From assembly GCA_025965515.1 (NCBI GenBank), contig JAOPWU010000002.1:1-48388 (forward strand): DNA of 48,388 bases. Reading direction: 5' to 3'. Both the position numbers and the translations under genes were made by a program. Below, piece by piece: positions 21,613 to 30,747 of this stretch. Every line of letters starts with the position of its first letter. The stretch's first letter is position 1. The notes under the pieces were generated by a model that was not told the origin of the DNA, searched no databases, and saw only the letters and a program-made list of their open reading frames with translations. This DNA is from Mycobacterium sp. (GTDB taxonomy: Bacteria; Actinomycetota; Actinomycetes; RYN-182).

Positions 21613-22578
21613 TCAGGCCAGGCGCCGCCGCGCCGCCGTGTCCCGGGCGAAGGCCACGGCACCGCCGCCGACGAGCGCGATGGCGCCCGCCGCGAGGCAG
21701 GTGAGGAACGCGGGGATCGCGCCGTGCGCCGCACGGCTCACGGCGGAGCCGCCGGCGGTGCGCAGCACGCCCAGCGGGTCCGGCAGCGCATCCGCGGTCA
21801 GCGGAGCCGGGGCGGAGTGCAGAACGCCGCCGATCGGATCAGCGGCGAGCAGCGGGCTGACGTCGGGCAGGGACGCGAACAGGCCGGTGCCCGTCGACAG
21901 CGCCAGACCCGACGGGAAGCTGTAGGCGCTCGTCCCGACGCTGTTGGTGAGCAGGGCCGAGCCGGCGCCGGACCAGGTGGTCGTGCCGGCCGCAGGAGTG
22001 GTCCCCATCGGAGCCGTCGCGCCGGGCGCGGTGGTGCCCGCGCCCTGGCCACCGGCCGCCGGCGGGACCGCCGCGCCACCACCGGTCGAGCCGCCACCCG
22101 TCGACCCGCCGCCCGGGGCGCCGCCACCGGTCGAGGGGCTCGGGACGGGGCCGGGAGCGGGCGCCACCGGCGGAACGGGCGGCAGCGGGATGGGGGGCGT
22201 CGGCGGCGGCACGCTGATCGTGCCCGGCAGCGGCAGGGGCACCACCGAGGGCAGCGGCAGCGGGGGCAGCACGCCGCCCACCGTGGTGGTGACGGCGCCG
22301 ACCGTGCCGGTCACCGTCTGGGTGACCCCGGTGACCGTCGTCGTGAGGGTGTTGGTGAGCGTCCCCAGCACCGGGATGCCCGGCAGCGGCAGCCCGGCGG
22401 GCGCGGCGGACCGGGTGGCCGCCGAGGCGGTGCCGGGCATGAGGACGAGCGCACCGAGGACGGGGCCGGCCACCAGCGCAGCCGCCCCACCGCGGGCGAG
22501 CCGCCGGGCCGAAGTCCGGCGCGAACCCGCGTGGGAACCCCTGGCGTCATCGCCCGAGCGCCGCGTGGTCGTATCCAT
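21613..22578 (-). CDS. Secreted Pro/Gly/Thr-rich protein with C-terminal membrane anchor
   Basis: AGGAGG RBS, signal peptide ending ASA, low-complexity body, C-terminal hydrophobic helix followed by RRR. Confidence 0.75.
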   Translation of the reverse strand: MDTTTRRSGDDARGSHAGSRRTSARRLARGGAAALVAGPVLGALVLMPGTASAATRSAAPAGLPLPGIPVLGTLTNTLTTTVTGVTQTVTGTVGAVTTTVGGVLPPLPLPSVVPLPLPGTISVPPPTPPIPLPPVPPVAPAPGPVPSPSTGGGAPGGGSTGGGSTGGGAAVPPAAGGQGAGTTAPGATAPMGTTPAAGTTTWSGAGSALLTNSVGTSAYSFPSGLALSTGTGLFASLPDVSPLLAADPIGGVLHSAPAPLTADALPDPLGVLRTAGGSAVSRAAHGAIPAFLTCLAAGAIALVGGGAVAFARDTAARRRLA

Positions 22579-22707
22579 CTGACCCCTCCTGTCCGGTTTA
22601 CAGCCGGGTTGTACCTCGCTCAACGAGAAGTCATTCAGCTGGTGACGTGATGTCACCCGTTGTGGCGAGGATTGACCCGGCGAGGGCCGGCCCGGGAGGG
22701 GTCGCGG

Positions 22708-23232
22708 TCAGCCGTTGAGGGGGGCCGTGGGGACCTCGCCGCCCTCGCGGAGGGACTCCTGGCCCCGGCGGCGGGCCTGCTCCTCGGCGTCGCTCTGGGC
22801 GACCGCGTCCTCATCGCGGTCGGCCAGCACACGCTCGACGTCGTCCGTGTCGAGCAGCCGGAAGGTCACGCAGACGATCTCGGAAGTGTCCGCGGAGGGC
22901 GTGCCCGCCTCCTCCCAGTCCCGAGCCCGCTGCTCGCGCCACTGGTCCGCGGGCTGGTCGCCGGCTTCCCGGGCCACCACCTCGTCGGGGACGGCCTTGA
23001 GCTGGTGCAGCACCACGTCGGTCACCTCGACGACGCCCTGCCGCTCGCCGTCCCTGGTGACCGCCAGGAGCTCGCCGATCTTCTCGACCTCCTCGTACGC
23101 CACGCCGTAGGACGCGAACGGCACCGCGGTCCCGGTCACGCGGCCGTCGAGGACGCCTTGGATGAGCTCGTCGCGCCGGCCGTTGGCGGCACCGAGCTCG
23201 AGGCTGCGCAGGTGGTCCACTCGCTCTCGCAT
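22708..23232 (-). CDS. ASCH domain-containing protein (divergent)
   Basis: RDELIQGVLDGRVTGT, GELLAV, VVEVTDV, A.E.G, W...., VCVTFRLL match the ASCH/PUA pattern. Confidence 0.72.
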   Translation of the reverse strand: MRERVDHLRSLELGAANGRRDELIQGVLDGRVTGTAVPFASYGVAYEEVEKIGELLAVTRDGERQGVVEVTDVVLHQLKAVPDEVVAREAGDQPADQWREQRARDWEEAGTPSADTSEIVCVTFRLLDTDDVERVLADRDEDAVAQSDAEEQARRRGQESLREGGEVPTAPLNG

Positions 23233-23252
23233 GGTGCGAGGGTACGCGCGGA

Positions 23253-23268
23253 TGTGATCTGCGCCACG
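23253..23268. promoter_or_regulatory. CRP/GlxR-like box TGTGA-TCTGCG-CCACG
   Basis: Matches TGTGA-N6-TCACA with 2 mismatches, in a divergent intergenic region. Confidence 0.45.
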
Positions 23269-23368
23269 GCCCTTGCCCGACACCGAGGGGCACGCCAGGC
23301 CACGCTCCGTATCGTCGCCGACGGCGCCTCGTTGCCAGGGTGCCCCCGCCGATGAGGAGTCCCCCACC

Positions 23369-24337
23369 ATGGTCGTCGCCGTCCCCGCCCGGGGCAGCCG
23401 CCCCCGCACGCGCCCCAGCCGGCTGCGCTGGCTGCCGGCCGTGGTCGTGCTGCTGCTGCTCGCGGGCGCCTGCGGTGGCGGCGGGAGTTCTGCCCCCTCG
23501 CCGTCCGGCAGCACCGTGCCGGGGACGCTGGCGTCGGCCCGGTACTACCTCTCCCTCGGGGACTCGCTCGCCTTCGGCGTGCAGAAGACCACCGCGGAGG
23601 CGGCCGGGCCCAGCCCCATCCCCGCCACGCCGTTCGACAAGGGCTACACGAACGACATCGCCGCCCAGCTGCAGGCGCAGAACCCCGGCATCACCGTGAC
23701 CAACCTGGGGTGCCCGGGCGAGACCAGCTCCAGCTTCCTGGCCGGGCCGTGCGACTACCGCGCGAAGGCCCAGGGCCTGCTCCACACCGACTACACGGGC
23801 TCGCAGCTGTCCGCCGCGACGCTCGCCCTCACGCGGGACGGCGGCAGCGGCGGTCTCATCACGCTGTCGCTCGGCGGCAACGACGTGAACGCGCTCCTGG
23901 CGCAGTGCCCGACGGTGGACCCGGCGTGTCTGTCGCCGCTGATCGCGCCCGCGGCGGCCCAGCTCCGGACGAACCTCACGCGCATCCTGCAGCAGCTGCG
24001 GTCGGCCGCCCCCAGCGCCATCATCGTGCTGGTCGCGCCCTACAACCCGTACTACGCGCTGTCGCCCCAGAGCGACGCGCTGATGCAGCCGTTCCTGCAG
24101 GCGGCCGTCGCGGCCGCCGCCGACACCCACGTCCTGCTGGCCAACGCGTTCAGCGACTTCAACTCCGGCGGCAGCCCGGGCGGCCCCACGGGCACGGAGC
24201 GGGACCGCATCTGCTCGCTGACCAACTTCTGCAAGAACGGGGACATCCACGCCAGTGACGCCGGCTACGCGGAGATGGCACGGCTGATCCTGGCGACCGT
24301 CCGCCAGGCGGGAGCGCCGGGCACCTCGTCCCCCTGA
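23369..24337 (+). CDS. SGNH/GDSL hydrolase lipoprotein
   Basis: Lipobox LAGA-C, LGDSL, NLGCPGET, LGGND, DIH. GAGGAG RBS. Confidence 0.9.
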   Translation: MVVAVPARGSRPRTRPSRLRWLPAVVVLLLLAGACGGGGSSAPSPSGSTVPGTLASARYYLSLGDSLAFGVQKTTAEAAGPSPIPATPFDKGYTNDIAAQLQAQNPGITVTNLGCPGETSSSFLAGPCDYRAKAQGLLHTDYTGSQLSAATLALTRDGGSGGLITLSLGGNDVNALLAQCPTVDPACLSPLIAPAAAQLRTNLTRILQQLRSAAPSAIIVLVAPYNPYYALSPQSDALMQPFLQAAVAAAADTHVLLANAFSDFNSGGSPGGPTGTERDRICSLTNFCKNGDIHASDAGYAEMARLILATVRQAGAPGTSSP

Positions 24338-24418
24338 GGTGACCGCGGGCCGGGCTAGGGTACGGCCCGACCGTATGGGCAGACCTGCCCGATCCCCGCC
24401 TGACCCCCCGGAGTGCCC

Positions 24419-25027
24419 ATGCCGCAGCAGCCGTCCGCCAGCCTCCCCACCGCGCGGGCGAACGCCGCCCGCCGACGCACAGTCGGCACGGCTGCGGTCG
24501 CGCTGCTGGGTGTTGCCGCACTGCTGGGCGGCTGCGGCGGTTCCTCCAGCAGCAGCGCGGCCAGCGCCGCGCCGAGCACGGCCGCCAGCACGGCGGCGGC
24601 CACCCCGGCGGGTGTCCCGTCCCTCGTTCCGGGGCCGGTTCCCCCCGTGACGAACGCGACCGACCTGACCAAGCCGCCGGTCATCGGCAAGGGGACCGGT
24701 ACTCCGCCGACCCAACTGACCGGCGCGGACCTGGTGACCGGCAACGGCGCCGTCGCCACGGCCACCAGCAAGGTCACCGTCCAGTACGTCGGCGCGCTCT
24801 ACTCCGACGGCAGCGTCTTCGACTCGTCGTGGCAGCGCGGCGCGCCGGCTCAGTTCTCCCTCGAACAGGTCGTGGCGGGCTTCCAGGGCGGCATCGTCGG
24901 CATGAAGGTCGGCGGTCGGCGCGAGATCGTGATCCCGCCGTCGCTCGGCTACGGCAGCCAGGCCACCGGCCCGATTCCGGCCAACAGCACGCTCGTGTTC
25001 GTGGTGGACCTGCTCACGGTCGCCTGA
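24419..25027 (+). CDS. FKBP-type peptidyl-prolyl isomerase lipoprotein
   Basis: Lipobox LLGG-C, VQYVG, FDSSW, GMKVGGRR..IPP.LGYG, IPANSTLVFVVDLL. Confidence 0.93.
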   Translation: MPQQPSASLPTARANAARRRTVGTAAVALLGVAALLGGCGGSSSSSAASAAPSTAASTAAATPAGVPSLVPGPVPPVTNATDLTKPPVIGKGTGTPPTQLTGADLVTGNGAVATATSKVTVQYVGALYSDGSVFDSSWQRGAPAQFSLEQVVAGFQGGIVGMKVGGRREIVIPPSLGYGSQATGPIPANSTLVFVVDLLTVA

Positions 25028-25056
25028 CCCCGGCCGGCCGGCCGGCGGGCGGCGGC

Positions 25057-26244
25057 TCAGGCGCGCGCCGCCGGCTCCCGGGCCGGCCGTGACCGGCCCG
25101 TGAGCGGCAGGCTCGCCGGCGTCCGGCGGATGACCGCGACGACGGCGACGGACCCGGCCAGGGTCAGCAGCCACGCGACCACGGACGCCCACGGCTGCGG
25201 CACCAGCGTCGGGTCCGGCCCGTGGAGGCCGTTGCGGAGTAGCACGTCCAGGATCAGCGGGTGGATGAGGTACACGCCGAACGAGGCGGACGAGCACCAC
25301 AGCAGCGCCCGGCGCAGCCGGGGGTGGCGCTCCCGCGCCTGCGCCCAGCGCATGCCGACGACGGCCAGCAGGATCACCGCGCCCGCGCTCTCCAGCACCA
25401 TGATCGGCTGGAGGACCGCCGACGCCGCGGTGTCCACCGAGGACTGACCCAGGAGCAGGTCCCGCACGTACCACCCGAGCGACGCCGCGACCGCCGCGGC
25501 CCCCAGGCCGACGAGCAGCCGCGGGTGCCGGTGCGCGAAGCCCTGCGCGACCGGCAGGTGCAGCGCCAGCAGGCCCCCGGCGACGACCCACAGCAGGTAG
25601 CTCGGCAGGAGGACGTAGGCGTACCGGGCGTACCAGCCGGTCGGTACTGCACCGCCCGCGCTCGCGTGCAGCCAGCCGACCAGCACGAGCTGCAGGGCGG
25701 TCACGCTCCCGAGCACGAGCCACGGGCGGTGACGGGTCCGCCGCAGCGCCCAGAGCAGGACCGGGAACACCAGGTACACCTGCATGCTCACCATCAGGAA
25801 GTACAGGTGGTACTCGGCGTGACCGCCGACCACGGCCCAGAACAGGTCGCTGGCCGCCCTCCCGGCCGGCCGCGGGGCCATGAGCAGGCCGTAGCCCCAG
25901 TAGAGGACCGACCACGTCAGGTACGGGATGCCGATCAGCCGGAAGCGCCGCCGCCAGAACTGCGCGGGCTGCAGCGACCGGTCCTTCTGCGCGTAGACCA
26001 GCACGAAGCCCGTGAGGACGAAGAACGCCTCGCGGGTGAAGTGCAGGAGGAAGCCCAGCGCGTTGGCCGCCTGGCTGTCGGACGGGTTGGTGAACGCCGT
26101 CGCGTGCACCGCGACCACGGCGGCGAACGTGAGCACCCGGAACAGGTCCACCTGGTCCAGGTGGCCGCGGGTCGGGGGCGGCGGCAGCGTCCCGGCAGCG
26201 GCGGGTGGGGCCGGGGAGTTGCCGACCGGGGCGGTCGTGGTCAC
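25057..26244 (-). CDS. Acyltransferase family 3 (OafA/IcaC-like) membrane protein
   Basis: LDQVDLFR...VVAVH, FFVLTGFVL, RRRF..I.IPY, YHLYFL, SFGVYLIHP; about 10 TM segments. GTGA overlap with the upstream gene. Confidence 0.9.
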   Translation of the reverse strand: MTTTAPVGNSPAPPAAAGTLPPPPTRGHLDQVDLFRVLTFAAVVAVHATAFTNPSDSQAANALGFLLHFTREAFFVLTGFVLVYAQKDRSLQPAQFWRRRFRLIGIPYLTWSVLYWGYGLLMAPRPAGRAASDLFWAVVGGHAEYHLYFLMVSMQVYLVFPVLLWALRRTRHRPWLVLGSVTALQLVLVGWLHASAGGAVPTGWYARYAYVLLPSYLLWVVAGGLLALHLPVAQGFAHRHPRLLVGLGAAAVAASLGWYVRDLLLGQSSVDTAASAVLQPIMVLESAGAVILLAVVGMRWAQARERHPRLRRALLWCSSASFGVYLIHPLILDVLLRNGLHGPDPTLVPQPWASVVAWLLTLAGSVAVVAVIRRTPASLPLTGRSRPAREPAARA

Positions 26245-27767
26245 GACCCGACGGGGACGGTCGGCTGCTGCAGGGCCTCGGCGACGCGGCGACGGCTCAC
26301 CTTGCCCAGGCCGCCGGCGCCCGGGCCACCGGGTGCGCCCAGCGCCGCGTCCGACGCCCCGGGCACGGCGGCGAGCACGTAGAAGCGCACGGGACGCCGC
26401 ACGCGCTCGAGGGCCTGTTCCGCGGCGGCCTCGAGGGTGGCCACCAGCGCCTGCCGCGCACCGTCGTCGGCGAGCGCGCACGGGTCGCGGGGCACGACGA
26501 CGGCGACGGGGACCCGGCCGAGCACCGGGTCGGGCAGCCCGACGACCACCGCCTGGCGCAGCACGCCGGTCCCCAGCAGCACGTCCTCCACCTCCGCCGG
26601 AAAGATCTTCTCCCCGCCCCGGTTGATGACGTCGTCCCGGCGCCCCAGCAGGAACAGCGACCCGTCCGCCGCCACGCGCCCGACGTCGCCCGTCTCGAGC
26701 CAGCCGTCCGCGGTCAGCATCTCCTGGCCCGCCGCGGCCGGACCCCCGGCGTACCGGGTGATGACCCCCGCCCCGCGGATCTGCACCCGCCCGGGAACGT
26801 CCACCGCTGCGGGGGTGCCGTCGTCGGCGACGACACGCAGCTCGACGCCGACGGGCCTGCCGACCGACCCGGGCACCGCGGCGCCGAGCGTGCCGGCGGC
26901 GATCTGCGAGCCCGCCTCGGTCATACCGTAGGTCTCCACCACCGGCAGCCCGGTCCGCTCCTCGAATGCCCGCCGCACGGCGGGCGGCAGCGGGGCCGAC
27001 GCCGACCGCGCAAACCGCAGCCGCGCGGGCACGGGGTGCTCCGGGTCGGTCGCCGCCAGGACGGCGAGGATCGCGGGCACCGCGTTGAGCCAGGTTGCCC
27101 CGGAGCGGTCCACCGTCAGCCAGAACCCGGTGCGGTGGAACCGGTCGTCGAGCACCACGGAGGAGCCGGCCACCAGGGCCGCGAGCAGTCCGACCACCTC
27201 GGCGTTGACGTGGTGCAGCGGCAGCGGGTTGAACGCGCGGTCCTGCCGCGTGAGGCCGTGCGCCGCGACGACATTGCCCGCGGTGTGCAGCAACTGGTCG
27301 GTGCTGAGCGCGACCAGCTTCGGCGGTCCGGTCGTGCCCGAGCTGGTCAGCAAGACGCCGGCCGGCTCGACCGTCTGCTGCGGTGCACCACCGAGCGGCG
27401 TGAGCCGGTCGCCGGCCGGTCCACCCGGCTCCAGCAGCGCCACCGGCGCCACCGCGGCCTGCCACCGCTCGAACCGCTCTCCTCGCAGGTCGGGTGCGGC
27501 GGGGGCCGCGACGCGTCCGCTCGCGACCAGGGCGAGCCAGGCGACCGCGACGGCCAGCGGATCGCTCCCGCGCAGGCCGACCCGGGCACCGGGGAGCAGG
27601 TCGGCGCGCCAGAACGCCTCCCCCGCCGCAGCGACCCGGGCTGCCAGCTCGCCGAACGTGACGACGGCAGGCTTCCCACCCCCCTGGGGGGCGCGGGCGG
27701 CGAGCAGGTACGGGGTGTCCGGCGAGCGCTGCGCCCGGGCGGCGATCAACCGAGCGATCTCGTTCAC
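26241..27767 (-). CDS. AMP-binding acyl-CoA synthetase (oxalate/dicarboxylate-CoA ligase-like)
   Basis: TSSGTTGPPK, PLHHVNA, RFARSASAPL, ETYGMTEA, TGDVG, GRRDDVINRGGEKI, GKVSRR. Confidence 0.9.
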   Translation of the reverse strand: MNEIARLIAARAQRSPDTPYLLAARAPQGGGKPAVVTFGELAARVAAAGEAFWRADLLPGARVGLRGSDPLAVAVAWLALVASGRVAAPAAPDLRGERFERWQAAVAPVALLEPGGPAGDRLTPLGGAPQQTVEPAGVLLTSSGTTGPPKLVALSTDQLLHTAGNVVAAHGLTRQDRAFNPLPLHHVNAEVVGLLAALVAGSSVVLDDRFHRTGFWLTVDRSGATWLNAVPAILAVLAATDPEHPVPARLRFARSASAPLPPAVRRAFEERTGLPVVETYGMTEAGSQIAAGTLGAAVPGSVGRPVGVELRVVADDGTPAAVDVPGRVQIRGAGVITRYAGGPAAAGQEMLTADGWLETGDVGRVAADGSLFLLGRRDDVINRGGEKIFPAEVEDVLLGTGVLRQAVVVGLPDPVLGRVPVAVVVPRDPCALADDGARQALVATLEAAAEQALERVRRPVRFYVLAAVPGASDAALGAPGGPGAGGLGKVSRRRVAEALQQPTVPVGS

Positions 27768-27855
27768 GGTACGTGTCTACCCGGTCCGGCTCCGTTCTTG
27801 CCCGACGACACCTGGACTCCCGCTGGGAGCGCGCTGGGGCCGCCCGCGGCGACTC

Positions 27856-28473
27856 TCACGCCGCCGGCGGGCCGGGCGCTACCGCCCCGTGCACCAGCAG
27901 GGTCACGGTGGCGCCCAGCGCGCCGGGGTCGAAGGTCTCCGGGGACCGCAGCGCGCTGAACGCGGCGCCCTGGATCAGGGCCAGGACCGCGTCGACGAGC
28001 GCGGCGCCACCGATGACCGCGGCGCCCGCCGTTGTGGCCTCGGCCACCACGCGGGTGCAGACCGGCAGGAAGCCGTCCCGGTAGTTCTCGAACGCCTCAC
28101 TGATGACCGCGCGCAGCGCCAACTGTCGGCCGACGAACCAGCCGGCGAGCAGCAGCTCCACGGTGTCGCGCTGCTCGGGGATCCGGGAGAGCTGGTCGGT
28201 GACCAGCAGCTGCAGCTCTTCGAGCGCCGACGCGGGCGCCGAGCCCTCGGGCGGCACCACGACCAGGACCTGCCCGAGCAGCCACCGCATCATTTCGGCG
28301 ACCAGTGCGTCCTTGGACCCGAAGTGGAAAAACACGAGACCCGGCGACACGGCGGCCTCCTCGGCCACCGCGCGGGCGGTCACGCCGTCCAGCCCGCCCC
28401 GGCACGCGACGCGGTAGGTGGCGCGCAGCAACTGCTCGCGCCGCTCCCCCTCCGCGACCTTGCGCCCCGGCAC
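27856..28473 (-). CDS. TetR/AcrR family regulator
   Basis: RREQLL...GLDGVTARAVAEEAAVSPGLVFFHFGSKDAL HTH. GGAGG 9 nt upstream of GTG 28473. Confidence 0.9.
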   Translation of the reverse strand: MPGRKVAEGERREQLLRATYRVACRGGLDGVTARAVAEEAAVSPGLVFFHFGSKDALVAEMMRWLLGQVLVVVPPEGSAPASALEELQLLVTDQLSRIPEQRDTVELLLAGWFVGRQLALRAVISEAFENYRDGFLPVCTRVVAEATTAGAAVIGGAALVDAVLALIQGAAFSALRSPETFDPGALGATVTLLVHGAVAPGPPAA

Positions 28474-28587
28474 CCGTACCCGCCTCCCCACGCGTCCCGG
28501 CCCCGGGTCCGTCGCGGGCCGACTGCGCTGTGGTCCCCGACGCTACTGCGCCCGGCGCTCCTCCCGGCGATCCGACAGGATGGGGGC

Positions 28588-29889
28588 GTGACGGAGCACG
28601 CGCTGCCGCCCCTTCCCCGGGGTGCCCCCACCGGCCCCCTCGTCGGATCGGAGCCGGACGACGCGGCTCGGGCCGTCGCGCTGCGGCGGTACAAGGTGGG
28701 CGCGACCGCGATGCTGGTGCTGGCCGCGGGCGCCTACGCCGCGACGACCGGTCGCAGCGGGGTCTGGGGCTACGTGGCGGCCGCCGCGGAGGCCTCGATG
28801 GTCGGCGGGCTGGCGGACTGGTTCGCCGTCACGGCGCTCTTCCGGCGTCCGCTGGGGCTGCCGATTCCCCACACGGCGATCATCCCGACCCGCAAGGACG
28901 CCCTTGCGACCAGCCTGGAGACGTTCTTCCTGGACAACTTCCTGTCAGCGACGGTGGTGCACGCCCAGGTGCGGGCGGCCGCCCCCACGCGGCGGCTCGG
29001 GACCTGGCTCGCCGACCCGGCGCACGCGAGCCGGGCCGCCCGCGAGGTCGCCGACATCGCCGCCGGGGTGCTGCGGCGGCTGCGCCCGGTGGACGTCGCG
29101 GCGATCGACTCGGCGGTCGAGCAGCTGTTCGTCCGCGCGGGGTCCATCCACTGGTCGCCGCACCTGTCCCGGGTCCTTGCGGCGGTCGTCGACGACGGCC
29201 TGGAGCAGCGCCTCCTGGACGTCCTCGTCGGCCAGCTCGGCACCTGGCTGCGGGGCAACCGGGAGACCGTCTTCCGGCTGGTCATCGAGCAGGCGCCGGC
29301 CTGGACGCCCGGCTGGCTCGACGAGCGGCTCGCCTCCCGCGTGTACGACCAGGCGTTGCAGCTGACCGCCGAGGTGGCCGCCGACCCACACCACACGCTC
29401 CGCGGCGCGGTCACGGACTTCCTGCGGCAGCTCGCCGACGACCTCAAGCACGACCAGGACACGCAGGAGCGCACGGAGGAGCTGGCGGCGCGACTGCTGG
29501 GGCACCCCGAGATCCGTGCCGCGAGCCTCGACATCCTGACGACCGGCCGGGACGTGCTGGTGCGCGCCCTGTCCGAGCAGGAGGGCGTCATCGCGACCCG
29601 CCTCGCCGCCACGTTCACCGAGGTGGGGGCCCGGCTGGCGGCGGACGCCGCGGAGCAGGAGACGTGGGACGGCCGGGCCGCAGAGGTGGTGGCCCAGGGG
29701 GTGACCCGGTACGGCGGCGAGCTCGTCGCAGTGGTGTCACACACGATCGCCCGCTGGGACGGCCGGGAGGCGGCGCGGCGGATCGAGCTCTACGTCGGCC
29801 GGGACTTGCAGTTCATCCGGGTCAACGGCACGGTCGTCGGCGGGCTCGCGGGCCTCGGGATCCACACGGCGACGGTGCTGCTGCACTGA
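28588..29889 (+). CDS. DUF445 family membrane protein
   Basis: EASMVGGLADWFAVTALFR.PLG.PIPHTAIIP and VGRDLQFIRVNGTVVGGL. Confidence 0.92.
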   Translation: MTEHALPPLPRGAPTGPLVGSEPDDAARAVALRRYKVGATAMLVLAAGAYAATTGRSGVWGYVAAAAEASMVGGLADWFAVTALFRRPLGLPIPHTAIIPTRKDALATSLETFFLDNFLSATVVHAQVRAAAPTRRLGTWLADPAHASRAAREVADIAAGVLRRLRPVDVAAIDSAVEQLFVRAGSIHWSPHLSRVLAAVVDDGLEQRLLDVLVGQLGTWLRGNRETVFRLVIEQAPAWTPGWLDERLASRVYDQALQLTAEVAADPHHTLRGAVTDFLRQLADDLKHDQDTQERTEELAARLLGHPEIRAASLDILTTGRDVLVRALSEQEGVIATRLAATFTEVGARLAADAAEQETWDGRAAEVVAQGVTRYGGELVAVVSHTIARWDGREAARRIELYVGRDLQFIRVNGTVVGGLAGLGIHTATVLLH

Positions 29890-29899
29890 GCCGAGGGAC

Positions 29900-30700
29900 T
29901 CAGCGGACGACCTCGGCGTCGCCCGGCGCGTCCACCGGCTCCAGCGACGGCCGCTTCGCGGGCCGGCCGTCGCCCGCGGACCGCCCCCGCAGCCGCCGCC
30001 CGACCCAGGGCAGCAGGTGGTGCCACGTCCACGACAGCTCCTCGCCCACCGCCTGCCGGCGCGACCGTGCGACGAGGGCGGCGACGGCCGCCTCCTCGCC
30101 GGCGGCCGCGGGGTCCTGCCCGAGGGCCGACAGCACCGCCCGCGCCACGGCAGCGTGACCGACCGCCGAGAGGTGCAGCCGGTCGGCGCTCCACGCCCGC
30201 GGATCGGCCAGCGCGGGCAGCCGCCACAGGTCGACGAGCACCGCGCCGTGGCGGACGGCCGCGGCGCGGATCAGGCCGTTGTAGGCGTCCGCCCGGGCAG
30301 CCAGGACGCGGCCGAGCGGCAGCCGCGGGCTCGGGTCGAAGCCCGCGAACAGCACGACCGTGGCCCCGGCCGCGCCCAGCCGGGCCACCGCGTCGTCCAG
30401 CCGTCCGCCGATCGCGACGAGGTCGAAGCGGGGGCGCAGCACGTCGTTGCCGCCCGCGGCGAAGGAGACGAGGTCGGGCCCCAGCGCGAGCGCCGCAGGG
30501 ACCTGCTCGTCGACCACCGGGTCGAGGGTGCGCCCGCGCACCGCGAGGTTGGCGTAGCGGAAGCCGGGCGTGCGGGACGCCAGCGCCGCAGCGACGAGGT
30601 CGGCCCAGCCGCGGGGAGTCCCGTCGGGCAGCAGATCGTCGAGACCCTCGGTGAAGCTGTCACCGACAGCGACGAAGCGGGTCCACAGCGCGGTGTCCAT
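29900..30700 (-). CDS. SGNH/GDSL hydrolase (cytoplasmic)
   Basis: VGDSFTEG, RGWAD, YANLAVRG, GGND, DRLH. Confidence 0.92.
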   Translation of the reverse strand: MDTALWTRFVAVGDSFTEGLDDLLPDGTPRGWADLVAAALASRTPGFRYANLAVRGRTLDPVVDEQVPAALALGPDLVSFAAGGNDVLRPRFDLVAIGGRLDDAVARLGAAGATVVLFAGFDPSPRLPLGRVLAARADAYNGLIRAAAVRHGAVLVDLWRLPALADPRAWSADRLHLSAVGHAAVARAVLSALGQDPAAAGEEAAVAALVARSRRQAVGEELSWTWHHLLPWVGRRLRGRSAGDGRPAKRPSLEPVDAPGDAEVVR

Positions 30701-30747
30701 GCCGCCATGTTGCCGCACCGCCGGTCGGTGTGATCGGCGGCGTTCCC

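Noticed and set aside
22641-22657. GGTGAC-N5-GTCACC as a CRP site
   Set aside because: The GTGA-to-TCAC spacing is 7 nt rather than 6. Kept only as an unassigned palindrome.
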